Assembly (NCBI RefSeq): GCF_052425735.1
Contig: NC_135760.1
Location: forward strand, 29,011,074 to 29,075,073
Length of the DNA stretch: 64,000 nt
Direction of reading: 5' to 3'
Origin: Oculina patagonica
Lineage: Eukaryota
The notes beneath the pieces are model-generated. The model searched no databases, was not told where the DNA came from, and saw only the letters and a list, made by a program, of their open reading frames with translations. The translations under genes and the position numbers were made by a program. Positions 48,797-61,399 of this stretch are shown in pieces (positions within the stretch are counted from its first letter, which is position 1; each line of letters starts with the position of its first letter).

Positions 48797-49459
48797 CTGA
48801 AAATAAAAAATCATGGCAACTTGACTCACTTGAAACATAATGGCAGGGGCCGCTTCTTACGGGAGGGCCTTTACTGTAGGGTATCATAGAAACGTAAAAC
48901 GTTAACGGAACTTTTGCAGAGGCGTTTTTTTCCTCAGGAGGCCTTTACTTTCAGAATTCTACGCCGTACGGTACGTGTACGAGTCTGGTTCGGTGGAAAA
49001 GATGAGCTTTATTGTAGCAAAAGACGTGGAACCATGCAACATTTAGTACATAAATGGTCATAAAAACGAAACGAAGCGAAGCCATGCGGTTGGTTCAAAA
49101 CAAAGTAAATTTCAAGGTTTGACCAAACAAATGAAAAGAAATTGACAAGAACAAGAAGGCAATAGAAAATAACAAGGTAAAGGGACTTATAAAACGTCGT
49201 ATGACTTCAGGAACACGAAGCGATATGGAAAATGGGAAGAACTGGATGATGAACGTGAGATCCACCGTTAGATCCTGAAAACTTCCACAAAAATTTGTCG
49301 TCAAAAAATAACATCGACAAAGATGTAATTTTTTGGTGTCTTGAGCGTGGGACAAGGACAAAAAAATCAGAGTCCCCGACCCGAAACAAAACCCTGATTA
49401 TATACAAGGAAGCAAGGAATTCTGCAGAGTAAACCCTTCACAATAAAATCGCTACTCAC

Positions 49460-49517
49460 ACGAACAGCCTGGATAATTTCACCTCCAGCAAGGTTTATTA
49501 GACCTTGTACCTCTCTT
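49460..49517 (-). CDS. SYCP3-like exon: (R)REVQGLINLAGGEIIQAVR
   Basis: Acceptor tgtttatag|aag and donor gttcgt|GTGAGT, in phase. Confidence 0.5.
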
Positions 49518-49689
49518 CTATAAACAAACAAAATGACAACTTGTGGTGATAGAAAAGTGGCAAATGTTCAGATCAATCAAATAGTCCCCAGGTCACGATA
49601 AACTGAATAAATCTATATTCACATCAATAATTATGGATTGTTGATGAGCCATATTAAAACCTTTAACTTATCTTGATAGTCACTGCTGG

Positions 49690-49710
49690 TTAATAGACCG
49701 AATGTTGTTT

Positions 49711-49745
<35 letters not shown>
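49690..49745. repeat. Poly-T tract (~50 nt) inside a SYCP3-like intron
   Basis: Direct observation. Confidence 0.9.
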
Positions 49746-49748
<3 letters not shown>

Positions 49749-49808
49749 GGTTATATATAAAAAAAATTATTAGTATAGCAATGGTTTAAATAAATATATG
49801 CCACTGAC

Positions 49809-49857
49809 CTGATTTCCTCCTCATCACTCATTCCTTCTTCAGGCTCCTGTTGATTGT
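49809..49857 (-). CDS. SYCP3-like exon: (Y)NQQEPEEGMSDEEEI
   Basis: Acceptor ctttgtag|ac and donor atcag|gtcagt, in phase. Confidence 0.5.
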
Positions 49858-50650
49858 CTACAAAGAATACAACCATATTAACTTATTTCTGCACAAAACA
49901 AAAGAGGGAAGTAATTACCAGAAAAAGTCATCACAACATCATCACTTATGCTCAGCTATTTCTTAGTTCTTGATTTGGTCAGGAACAGCAAGCAGGGGTA
50001 GATAACAAACACGCTTTATTTCACTTTTTCTTTTTATATCAAATAGTGGAAGATAGAATTGGCTCATCAAGGCGGGCCAGTCTAACATCAGTTTTTATAA
50101 AAAGAAAATGAATAATAACAATTTTAATGCAAGATAACAAATTTTAAATTAAAAAATGGCCAGAATGAAGGTTAGTTGTAGATTTGGTATTATTTGTATA
50201 ATCAGTGGCGTTTCAAATATAAGCTTTGTTGTTTTCTTTTCTAAAATATTAAAAAGTAGTCGAGAAGTTCTCTTTTCAAGGCTTCCTTTTTCTAATAAGA
50301 TATGATACTGATGATATTTCATTCTATGTTTTTTTTACACCAAGCTTAGAGAAGGAATGCTCGAGTAGTTTAAGTCTGGTGCTTTTACATAAAAATTTAC
50401 GGAGGTGGGTGATCATGTTCCCATCTATTTTGGTCAAAAAGGGATAAAATGCATTTTCAAATACCCACATTGAAGAGCGTTATCGAAAAGTTCTGTTTTC
50501 AAAATGTTTTCCGTCCACACAACAACGCAAAGCCAGCGTTTTCAAATTTATTAACTACACTTGTCTTGTGCATTCATTTTCCTTTGCGGCGACTCGTCTT
50601 CACGGCGTTCACTTAGCATTTGTTATATGTCACGAGGACTAATTACTTAC

Positions 50651-50785
50651 ATGGCGCACTTGTATCTTCATATGAAAGTTTCCTTGGCTTGCCATGATGT
50701 TGACCTCGATATGATGGTAAATGAGCTTCGTTAACCTGTACAGGTTCTTTATACCAGTCTTTTGTATGTGCAGCATTTCTTGTGC
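50651..50785 (-). CDS. SYCP3-like exon: (G)TRNAAHTKDWYKEPVQVNEAHLPSYRGQHHGKPRKLSYEDTSAP
   Basis: Acceptor accaag|gca and donor gcgccat|GTAAGT; this is the only open frame. In phase with the neighbouring exons. Confidence 0.45.
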
Positions 50786-51431
50786 CTTGGTAAATAAGTT
50801 AAAAGCTTAACTTTTGTAGCAAGCAGTACTTACATTGAGTGCTAATCGTAGCCATTTGCTGACAAATGTGCATGACTTTCAGTGCCATTATAAAAAAGCC
50901 ATGGAATGTTTATAAAAAACGTCAAGGTCAAGTAAAAAGAAAGGAAATTGGGTTTTGTTTTTGGCTCTGCTGAAATGAAATGGATCTGGAACCGCTTGCG
51001 AATCCTGCCATATTTCTTGTCTGCCTGATTGTTTACGGGAATTTAAGAGTAAAGTAGTTTACGTTCGGTTGAGCCAAGCGAATCCTGAAGAACGTAATGG
51101 AAGAGACTTCTGGATTTTAGTCTGTTTTACTTAACCAAAAATCTGTTTGTTAAAAGGTGCCATTTGGACTTATTTATCGATACTACTATGCCAATCAAAC
51201 ATCAAAACGTTTAATGACTCAATGAAAAGCAATTTAGAATTTTTTTCGCTTGACAAAGTTAAATTTCTTAAAATAGTTGTTAAGTAGTGGGTTGGTGTTT
51301 ATTCAGGATAGAGTCATTCTAGCGGTGATTCTGCAAAGTATAAAAAGAAGCTCAGGGAATATTGAGACAATTATGATGATGGTGTTTGTCCATCGATATC
51401 GATGATAGACATTAACAAACACCATACAAAC

Positions 51432-51513
51432 CTGAAACAGAAGAGCCATAAAGACGACTTGGTCCTGATTTTGACCATTCGACAAATTTCCTCTTTCGTC
51501 TTTGCCTTTTATC
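51432..51513 (-). CDS. SYCP3-like exon: DKRQRRKRKFVEWSKSGPSRLYGSSVS
   Basis: Acceptor aaatttcag|gat and donor tttcag|gtttgt, in phase. Confidence 0.45.
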
Positions 51514-51734
51514 CTGAAATTTAACAAAACGGCATTTTAGCAGAAATGATTCAGGTTGATCAACCTCAAGGAAACAATGTAGACAATGGAGAATTTGAGC
51601 GAAATCCATTTCTGAAGCTAAAATATTTCTACACAGACAGCCTCTTTGTATAATTACACAGCTTTATTCGCATTTGGCATGGCAATGTGGATCCAACCAC
51701 ATTGGTAGGATAAACACAAATAGCCTGTACTGAC

Positions 51735-51760
51735 CTCAACATCTACAGTATCATCCTCAT
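51735..51760 (-). CDS. Micro-exon candidate: (D)EDDTVDVE
   Basis: Acceptor tttgttatttacacag| and donor gttgag|gtcagt; 26 nt, phase 1 in and phase 0 out. Confidence 0.35.
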
Positions 51761-53633
51761 CTGTGTAAATAACAAAATCAACTTGTAAGGAGATGAATGG
51801 GTTAGATAATACATAGCCTACGTATCATGTGCAATTGTCTAGAAAAAGACTAAAACAATTGCACCTTAACACAGGTAGAAAAATATGACCCACACTTTAA
51901 CAACAGTGATTTAGTTTCTCTCGTGAAACGTCATTGTAAGCAAAGATTTTGTGATTATGATGGTAGCAATATGTGTCGCTTACTTACAGTCAAAACAGGC
52001 CCACCGACAAAATGAAGCCTCTAATAGACTGATTACATTCTTTGCTTTAATATTTCACTTGATTGGTTATCAGCAGCCTGATTTGAGCACTTATAGGACA
52101 GTGTACGCGTCACACTCGTCCTTGGACAGTGTAATAGGACAGTTTACACGTCATGACTGTGTAATTGGACAGTACGCGCCATTTTACACGCGCTGTTGTT
52201 GTGCATTTGTTGAGTAGACTCAGTATTCATAAAGTCATTTAACTACTCAGCCAAAGGTTAGTTTTTTTTTTCAAATTTTGTTAAAGTTTTGATTAATTGT
52301 AAGTGTCGTCCAATTTTGTCTGTAATCGTACTCGTGATTAAACAAATCGGACTCCCGCTTCACGGTCGTCCGATTTTGTTAATCTCTCGTATGATTACAG
52401 ACCGAATTGGACTCCACTCAATCCCATTACCATTATTAAAATTGATATCGAACTATTAATTATTTCGTCATTGGTAGGAACGCTTCAGCTGTTTTAACTG
52501 TAAATTTAAACTAAAAAGTGTTAGCCAGGCACAGGCCAAGGGGACACTAACTATATTGTTAACCAACGCCTTTGTAATTCCCATTTTCACTGTTTCAGCG
52601 ATAACCTGATTCATATCACAGGTCTTGTTTTCCATCGTTATATAATGCTGTATTGTTTTTTGAACCTTTGTAACGATAGCAATTATACAACAAGCAGGAT
52701 GTAAATAAAATCCTGCTTTTGTTTTAGAGAGAGAGGGGAAAGTGGTAAAGGGCTAGGCAAAGAAATAGAACTCGCACGAGAATTAAGAAATAATTAGAAG
52801 CATTTGTGACTGCAATAATTTAAAGGCCCACCTTCAAGCGAAATGCTTTGCGACCGTTTGTTTTTGTTTTGAAAAGCTTGCTCTTGTCTCAAAACGCTCC
52901 AAACTGGAAAACCACTTATAAAAATCGATGAAAAACAGTCAAATCACTTTAACCGAAAAGAGTGTTAACTACTTACCTAAAAACACAAGGATGGAAGTAC
53001 ATTGAAGCAACTCAACTCGCTCCACATACAATGGCGAGGTACAACTTTCATATATGAAAATTGTTCCTTGGCGCGCAATGCATCTAGGATGAATGTGGGC
53101 CATTAAGGAATGTATTATGGCAGTTGGAGGTCACAGAGTCTGCGTGGGAATATCCCCACAGGATTCTATTGATCACAAATGCATGTTGTGAAAAGTGTCA
53201 GAATTTTCTTTTTGTAATCATCTAACAAGACTACAGGTGAAAAGTTTGTCAATTGCAAAGGCAGTATAAAGGATTAAAACCTATAATTTAGTGTAAATTA
53301 GCTTGTACTGTAGGTCAGTATGAGAGAGTTGACATAGTATTTTTATTTTCTGAAACATTTCCTCAGAGACCCTTTAACATATTCTGACCATCAGTTAATT
53401 TATCAAACAAAATAGCAGGGCAATAAGGGTACAGACCCATTGCAAATTATGTGTTATCAGTTGTGAACAAGGAGAATAACATGCTTGCAGTCACAACTTG
53501 AGTTGTAGATGGCCAGAACGTGATGTACGAGCTCCCACGACTGCATGGGAAGGGAGACATGTCCTGTCTCCTTTATGTCTTAACAAACTACAGATGTCAT
53601 GTGTAGTAATGAGTTGACTATGCACTATCATAC

Positions 53634-53774
53634 CTTGCTCCATTTGTTCTGACTGTTCTGATGTTGGGGTGATCGGTGTGATAGATATTTGAAGTGGTTT
53701 TTGTTTCGAGGACCTTTTGCTAGGAAGTTTTGTTTGCTTTTTTAACTCTTCTACAAAAGGTGTTTCACCAATTC
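53634..53774 (-). CDS. Acidic/Ser-rich low-complexity gene, exon A1: (G)IGETPFVEELKKQTKLPSKRSSKQKPLQISITPITPTSEQSEQMEQ
   Basis: Acceptor tgttttag|ga and donor gcaag|gtatga. Phase 1 in and phase 1 out, consistent with the exons listed below. Confidence 0.55.
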
Positions 53775-54387
53775 CTAAAACACAGGATACCAAGCAAATG
53801 GTTTACTCATGGACCTATATCTCTTTTAGTTCTACGCCTTTGTTGGAGGTGTAGTGGCCTAATGCTTAGTGGGTTGAAATTTAAATCAAACAGTTCAGAC
53901 TCAAGTGCTGCCTGAGTGAATGTGTTGTGTTCTTTTAAGGTATCCCTGGTATGACCCCTAAGTAGTGTCTTAAACATTAGGACGTGAAATTGCGATGATA
54001 GGAAACTGATGTGTCAACTCTAAAGGTGACCTGGGAAATAATATTACACAAAAAATCTTTCAAGTTTTAACATTACATTGGAATGATATTTGGTAGAATA
54101 TCAAGTAAATACAAGATAGATTGGAAAAATTAACTTGTAATTGATGGAATTTGGCATGCATGCGTTCCACATTGTCCAGACAGCAAACACTGCAGTCACT
54201 GGAATAAAGGTACATTAAAACATTAACCATATTGATGGATTGTGAATTATTTAACTAAAAATTACAGAAAAGGTAAGAGTGCTATTGTGATTTTCTACAG
54301 CGTGCCTTGTATAAAGTAATGGTAAAAGAGAAGCAAAGAAAATAGGCGACAGGTAAAAAGATATTCAAGAATTTATTTCACTATTAC

Positions 54388-54463
54388 CTGAGTCATTTCG
54401 AGACACAGAGTAAATTACACGTGATCCTCGTTTGTCTGAGCCATGCTGGATTTCGTTTTCAGA
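54388..54463 (-). CDS. Exon A2: SENEIQHGSDKRGSRVIYSVSRNDS
   Basis: Acceptor tgtttcaag|tct and donor actcag|gtaata, in phase. Confidence 0.5.
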
Positions 54464-54746
54464 CTTGAAACAATAAAAAAGAATCAAACACAAAACTATT
54501 AGGCAAAATTTAAAATAGTTTAAAGGATAAATCTCTACTTTAATTGTGTATTATGCCACTAATTCTTATTTTGATCAGACAGAGCTTCCTTGGCATTTGC
54601 TCAATCTTGCTTAAAAGGTGAGAAAAACTAGTTTTTTGTCTTGCATTATATGTGTTGACCTGCATCCTGGTGATCTGAATAGTATAGATAATACTGTGGG
54701 TGAAGTAGTATGATAAAATGTATTTAGTATTGTCAGTTATTATTAC

Positions 54747-54866
54747 CTCACTATGAACAGAGTCAAAATCCTCTTCAGTTTCCTCCTTTTCGTCCCCTTG
54801 TTCAGACCCACCACTTCCTTGTGAATGTTGAAAATCGTTTCTTGGAGCTTCGACTGTCGAAATGCT
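54747..54866 (-). CDS. Exon A3: SISTVEAPRNDFQHSQGSGGSEQGDEKEETEEDFDSVHSE
   Basis: Acceptor ttttaaag|agc and donor agtgag|gtaata; 120 nt. Confidence 0.55.
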
Positions 54867-55916
54867 CTTTAAAAATAGTGATTATGTATGAGCAAGGCTT
54901 AAAGTTATAATGAAAACCAACATTTTGAGATATAGTTGTACAACGTAATACTGAAGGGCTTTAAACACTCTCTGGATAAAGACTATAAGCTTTCAGCTAC
55001 AAATCTGCAGCCTTTGAATGATAAAAAAATAGCTTGAAAGTGTAAGAAAAAGTACAGAGAAAATTTGCTGTTTTTAAAAGCTATTTTAAAATAGAATATA
55101 ACCTTGCACATGGCAACTGCCTGGATTTATTCTCCACCTCATTGGTCATGGGGGCTGGCCGGCCTTCCACCATTGACTCGAGGGTGCATTTTCAAAGTCA
55201 ATTTAATGGTTGTTTAGTGGTCCAAACATGACTAGAAATGTTAAATCCTTTGTTACAACTCTTGACATTTCGGGTGTACTTTTTTCAAAGTCAGGAGGCA
55301 TCTGGTGACTCTAAGTCCATTTTGTAAATCTTGTTTAAAAAAATGGCTGGGTGGGCTGAATTTTGGCGACCGTGGTGAGATAAAATCTTGTTATAATGTG
55401 AAGTTTCACGATGACTAGAATTCAGTTGTCACGAAGATGTTGAGCTAATGGTTTGCTGAGGTTACTTACAGTGTGTATGTCTTGGAAGACAAGTGAAAAC
55501 AAAATCTGTGTAAAGGCTCAGTCCACTTAAAGATTAGTTTGTCGTATTTGATTATTTTAGAGTTTCCATCTTCTTTGCTCAGGAGGTTGGATGTAAAATT
55601 TAATGCTGATTTTATGGTTTTCTGAGCTGATCTGGGAACCAGGTAAAACCAGGCGTCTGTTCTTTGACAAGTACTATTAAAGTCAAACATGTGTCAGTGA
55701 CTTCCCCACCAGGTCTTCAAGCAAGCAATTCATGCCTCACCAACAGCTTCGTCAACCCTGGCACTTCACCCTGCCAATTTTTTATTCAGCATGAAAGAAG
55801 TTAGAAAGCGACTGATGTGATATTTTTGAATTTCCAGTAATATTTAAAATTCAAGCCAGTCTTAACGATGAATGATACAGGAGCACCACACAAAGTCAAC
55901 TACGAACTTCCTTTAC

Positions 55917-55991
55917 CTCAGAAAGCCAGAGCTTTAAAGGAATGTCCTCTTCCTCAGAATCTTCACCTGATTCTACACCTGACTTTGGGGT
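55917..55991 (-). CDS. Exon A4: TPKSGVESGEDSEEEDIPLKLWLSE
   Basis: Acceptor ctttgcag|acc and donor tctgag|gtaaag; 75 nt. Confidence 0.55.
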
Positions 55992-56129
55992 CTGCAAAGA
56001 CCAAGATATGAACTATACAAATCATACAAGGTCACTAACTATCAAAGCATCCGTGCACAAATAATATCATACAATCGGAATATACACACTAATGTGATCA
56101 TATTCAGATGATAATTTGCAGCTTATAAG

Positions 56130-56188
56130 AAATAAATAATAATAATAATAATTAATAATAATAATAATAATTATTATTATTATTATTA

Positions 56189-56222
<34 letters not shown>
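56130..56222. repeat. Microsatellite, (AAT)n/(ATT)n
   Basis: Direct observation. Confidence 0.9.
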
Positions 56223-56223
<1 letters not shown>

Positions 56224-57934
56224 AAATGAGTTATACAAGTATGCATGAATTTTAAGAACAGGAGAAAAGTGCATATGATTAAAAAATGTTTTCCATACCC
56301 AGTTTTGAGATTATTTTTCCGAGTCAGAGTAAAATCAAAGTTTTCCTGGTTTCCACCTTATCCCTAAGGACCCAATTAGGGAGGAAATGCCATTCTCCCA
56401 TTAATTGATTATAGAAAACTGAAAGGACCTGAAAGGCAGGATTTTGATCGCCAAGTTAAACCCATCAAAGTCTTCAAAGGTTGGTTTCTTTGCAGTTTTG
56501 GAATTCTTACAGTGTATTCACCATGCTCAGTTTGTGAATTATTTTGACCATGAGCTCTTGCCTCTGTTTTAAGGTCATAAGTTCGGAACTCATTTTACTT
56601 AAAAATGGTGTAATTAATGGCTGAATAAGCCCAATCAATCAATTTTTCCCATCATTTTGCAGTTAAACCAGCTATGGAATTTGACATTTCTTCCCGTCTT
56701 CTAATTTGTACTCTTACTATTGTACTTTTGGTGAGTGAACTAACTTGCATTCAACATGGAAAGAAAAAAACATGTATAGTGTGTCAAAAATGTAACAAAC
56801 AATAAAAGCTGTTCATCCAGGACAAAAATGTATAACGTTAATTCCTGCAGTTCTTGCAGGGAATGCTTACATTAGCACTTGCACAAGAACTCTGTCTATT
56901 AATAAATTCACAAAACAAATTGTTATCTTCTGAACCTTGAAATAATAGTTACTGTTTCCTACAAAACTTAAAGGGACTGTATCACGGCTCAGAGTTAATA
57001 TTTTTATTAAGTTTTTCTAAATACTAAATAAACCTTAATGTTTAGCAAGAAATTACTTGTATGGACCTAAATGGCAAAACCATAGCTTTATTACAACAAA
57101 ATATGTGTTCCTGGCATTATAATAAAAGTTACAAGTAAACGAGATTATCTTTGAAAACTGTTCAGCCTAACAGTATTTCAAAAACCCATTTTGCAATCAG
57201 TTTAACTCTTCTTAACTTTTGGCCATTTGTACCATCTTTTGCAAATTTGCTGTGTTATCGAAATGTTACATTACTGTTTTAAGCGGTTATTTTTATATTG
57301 TACCGAATTTTGTGGCCATTTCCTATGCCTAAATTTGGCTACAATCCACAACACCGTGGTCCCTTTAACAGGGATTGTAGTGTTGTGCATGGAATTACAA
57401 ATTAATATATTTCACCTTTTTGGCCTGAATTGCTTTATTAGTGATCAAATGCCTAGACTTCATGGACTAATAGGAACATTATAACTATGTAGGAAAATCA
57501 ATGTTTTAACACAGGCACATAATTCTATCAAATATGGAGAAGGACGAATGTGAAAATGGAAAATACCCAGTTAAATACTGCGTTCAATCCTGCCTTCAAT
57601 CCACTTATAATTGGCAACAAGGTTTTGTTAGATTGTACAATTATATGTGTGATGGCAGTCTTAATCAGCAAATGATTACCGTACTGCAAATATAGAACAA
57701 TTTCAAAAACTGAACCCTATTCACCTGCATAATTCCTTTAGTATTCAAAACATGTTCATGTAAAAGTTCCCTGCTGAGTCTGTTCTTTGAATTGTACATT
57801 TTGTCCTCTTTTGTGCTGTATTCCTTTGAAACTGGCCTTTTCACCTAAAGATACCAGACACTCGGTAAGTCATACCTGTTATGATGACCCAGTAAAGTTG
57901 TTTTGCTTCAATGCACTTTACCTTCTACATGCAT

Positions 57935-57990
57935 TACTTACTTTAATTACTGGTGTGGAACTTTGAAGAACAGGAATGGGCTCCTTGACA
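57935..57990 (-). CDS. Exon C (approximate coordinates): (E)CYVKEPIPVLQSSTPVIK
   Basis: Acceptor tgttacag|aatg and donor attaaa|GTAAGT on the minus strand. Its phase links exon B1 (leftover g) to A4. Coordinates are +/- a few nt. Confidence 0.4.
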
Positions 57991-58780
57991 TAGCATTCTG
58001 TAACATAACCACTGCCTTCATAGTGCAAAAAAACAAAACAAAACAAAATTAACACCTGGAGCTGAAACCTAAAAACACAATAAGTGGTCTTGATCTTTAT
58101 AAAAACGGTTCCCCACAATTCTGTGGAAACTGTGACTTAACGTTGACTTACGAGGGCTTTGTTTATGTTATTTGAATATGTATATCTCTTTTGAACGTCA
58201 GTATCTTGAGAGGTTAAGTTCTTTTTCTTGCAGAAAAATAATTAAGTGCTCGACTTATTTAAATAAGACTTAATGAGACAAACAGCTTAATTTTGAAAAC
58301 TAGCCCTAAGAAAATAACTTGGCCTGAGCTTGACACTGTAGAGACATTTAGTTAAGGGATAAGTTAAAAAAACAAAACAAAATGTCATGTTTAATTAAGT
58401 TACTTTTATAATGTAGATACTGACTGTATTTGTAAAGAGGAGCAAACAAAAAATAAAAAAAGGACAACAGAACGTGAAAATGCCCAAACCAATGAGAATA
58501 TTAAGCAACTTGCTAACTGACTAGCAAAAGCAGTTGGAAGGGATGTATCATATGTGTGAATACACTTTCTTTAACAATTAGCTTCTTAAACACTTTAAAA
58601 TATCGTTTAGGGTAAATAAATCATATCTTCTGCCTATACTACATGCACTTCACTTTACAGTTACAAAATCATAGAAAACCATCTTATATAATTGTCATGA
58701 CGATCAATTTAAAACTTTTGGGATATAAGTTGAAAGATCTTTTAAGTCTATAAGGGAGAAGATCACCATATTATTTTTAC

Positions 58781-58942
58781 CTTCCAAGTATGGCTCATCC
58801 TGGTCGTCCTGATTGTGTCCACTCTCGTCATTACTGATGTCAGGTTCATTCTCATCATGGACAGGAGCTCTAACTAGCTGTTGCTTTGCCTTCTTACTCT
58901 GTGAAGTTCTCCTGATTGTATTACTGGTAGTCCTTTTATTAC
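58781..58942 (-). CDS. Repeated exon B, copy 1: (G)NKRTTSNTIRRTSQSKKAKQQLVRAPVHDENEPDISNDESGHNQDDQDEPYLE
   Basis: Acceptor ctacttag|gt and donor ttggaag|gtaaaa; 162 nt, phase 1 to phase 1, so copies concatenate in frame. Confidence 0.55.
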
Positions 58943-59952
58943 CTAAGTAGAAAGACATCTCAGTGAAACATCTACCTTAATTTAATGCAGCCCCACAGAA
59001 AATATCGTCCTCATTTAGAAAAAGAAATTAAGAAATGTACCTATACCTATTAGACACTGTAATTACTGTATAGCTGTTTTTAAACCTCTCTACATGAATG
59101 TCCAATCAGAGATTATAACTTATTACTGAAATTTTGAGGTTGAATGGCATCACATGGGACAATTTTGAGAGAAACCACTACTTTAAGGTGGCTAAACACA
59201 GTTTTCCGACCTTTAGAGTACCTATTATTAGTATCCTTATTTTGCACTCATGCCCAAACTGTTAAAGCTGATGAGCTCAATCTTATAAAAACGATTCCCC
59301 ACAATTCTGTGGAAACTGTGACTTAACGTTGACTTAAGAGGGCTTTGTTTATGCTATTTGAATATGTATATCTCTTTTGAACGTCAGTATCTTGAGAGGT
59401 TAAGTTCTTTTTCTTGCAAAAAAATAATTAAGTGCTCGACTTTTTTAAATAAGACTTAATAAGACAAACAGCTTGATTTTGAAAACTAGCGTTAAGAAAA
59501 TAACTTGGCCTGAGCTTTACACTGTTGACACATTTAGTCAAGGGATAAATAAAAAAAAATGAAAACGCCAGGTTTTAAGTTCCTTTTATAATGAAGATGC
59601 TGACTGTATTGTAAAGAGGAGCAAACAAAGAATAAAAAAAACAGACAACAGAACGTGAAAATGCCCAAACCAATAAGAATATTTACAACTTGCTAACTGA
59701 CTAGCAAAAGCAGTTGGAAGGGATGTATCATGTGTCAATACACTATCTTTAACATTTAGCTTCTTAAACACTAAAATAACGTTAAGAGTAAATCATATCT
59801 TCTGCCTATACTACATGCACTTCACTTTACAGTTACAAAATCATAGAAAATCATCTTATATAATTGTCATGATGATCAATTTAAAACCTTTGGGATAAAA
59901 GTTGAAAGATCTTTTAAGTCTATAAGGGAGAAGATCACCATATTATTTTTAC

Positions 59953-60114
59953 CTTCCAAATATGGCTCATCCTGGTTGTCCTGATTGTGTCCACTCTCGT
60001 CATTACTGATGTCAGGTTCATTCTCATCATGGACAGGAGCTCTAACTAGCTGTTGCTTTGCCTTCTTACTCTGTGAAGTTCTCCTGATTGTATTACTGGT
60101 AGTCCTTTTATTAC
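59953..60114 (-). CDS. Repeated exon B, copy 2 (near-identical; one D to N change)
   Basis: Same splice sites as copy 1. It lies within the second unit of the 1.19-kb tandem duplication. Confidence 0.55.
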
Positions 60115-60245
60115 CTAAGTAGAAAGACATCTCAGTGAAACATCTACCTTAATTTAATTCAGCCCCACAGAAAATATCGTCCTCATTTAGAAAAAGAAAT
60201 TAAGAAAGGAACCTATACCTATTAGAAACTGTAATTACTGTATAA

Positions 60246-60471
60246 CTCTTTTTAGTAGAAACTCAGCTGTGTTCTATTGGAAATCCGCAAATCTGATTGG
60301 TTCTCCCACTGTTTTCTATTCGCTGATAGAAAACAGTCCCCGCGCGCGTAGCTCTTTAAGCGGTAAATTTTCTTGATTTTTGTCTTCAAAGTGCACAATA
60401 TTGTTAGTTTTGGACTGCAATCCTTTAGAGTTTCTACTAAAACAATTATACTACTCGCCCTCGTTTTCTAT

Positions 60472-60507
<36 letters not shown>

Positions 60508-60540
60508 TTGCTCATAGAAAACTCGGGCTCATAGTCTAAT
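60246..60540. mobile_element. ~295-bp MITE-like insertion present in only the second copy of the tandem duplication
   Basis: Copy 1 reads ..ctgtaattactgtata|gctgtttttaaacctctc. Copy 2 has 295 extra bp at that point, with inverted ends (tagtagaaactc..gagtttctactaaa) and the palindromic motif gatagtcaactcggctgcgcctcgttgactat, which also appears at 46470-46560. Confidence 0.65.
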
Positions 60541-61243
60541 TGTTAATTAAACCTCTCTACATGAATGTCCAATCAGAGATTATAACTTATTTCTGAAATT
60601 TTGAGGTTGAATGAGCATCACATGGGACATTTTCAAGAGAAACCACTAATTTAAGGTGGCTAAACACAGTTTACCGACCTTTAGAGTACCTATCATAAGT
60701 ATCCTTATTTTGCACTCACGTCCAAACTATTAAAGCTGACGAGCTCAAAATTGGCAAATTACAAGATAAGTTAGTGAATTTGTGATTTTTGTATGTCACT
60801 GAAGACCATTATGCATTGCCATGGCAACACAGCTAATTATAAATCAACCAAAAAGATTGAATTTTTTACGATTTCATAAATGATATGCGACTGGTGTGCT
60901 AGAAATCACGTCTTTTTGGTAGGTCAAAAAACGCCCGAAAGCAACTTTGTGATCAACTGCGCATGTATAGCCTTTAAATTTTGCTATTCTCAAAGCCTTG
61001 AACGTGTGCGCTAGGACTCGCATTAGCTCTGAATCTAAAGAGCATACAGAAACTGTATTCAGCCACCTTAATCTGGGGATCAATCAGAATGATTTTTTAA
61101 TTGTATGACTACATTTTGGCATTTAGGTATTTATTTACTTGCTTATATGTACATATAACAATGTTATATATACAACTTGATAATGTTAAATAATGCACTC
61201 ACTCTTGTTAAAGTGCCTTAACATTGTTGCTTGTTTTGTATAC

Positions 61244-61399
61244 CTTTAAGCAGAGCCTCATCCTGCCTTTTGTAAATGCCATCATACTCGTAGTTGCTGA
61301 TGTCAAGCTCACTGTCGTCATGGTAGGGAGACATAAGCTGCCGTTGTTTTGCTCTTGCATTTTGTGGAGCTCTCCTGTTTGCAGTATCCTTTTTAAGTC
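61244..61399 (-). CDS. Repeated exon B, diverged paralogous copy 3: (G)LKKDTANRRAPQNARAKQRQLMSPYHDDSELDISNYEYDGIYKRQDEALLK
   Basis: Acceptor ctattcag|ga and donor cttaaag|gtatac; 156 nt, phase 1 to phase 1. Confidence 0.5.

Larger units (their letters stand above)
58101..60250. repeat. Tandem duplication, ~1186-bp unit x ~1.8 copies, each copy containing one exon-B copy
   Basis: ccccacaattctgtggaaactgtgacttaacgttgactta recurs at 58110 and 59296. The unit-1 tail (59075-59286) reappears at 60541-60760 after an insertion. Confidence 0.8.

Noticed and set aside
52960-53035. Possible exon with ATG and a strong ttttag|GTAAGT donor on the minus strand that is phase-compatible (g+at) with both the A1 and SYCP3-like exons
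   Set aside because: The ATG frame ends in TAG right at the donor. The alternative open frame has no usable acceptor (no AG upstream; the nearest gives a frame with a stop). The phase compatibility is probably coincidental.
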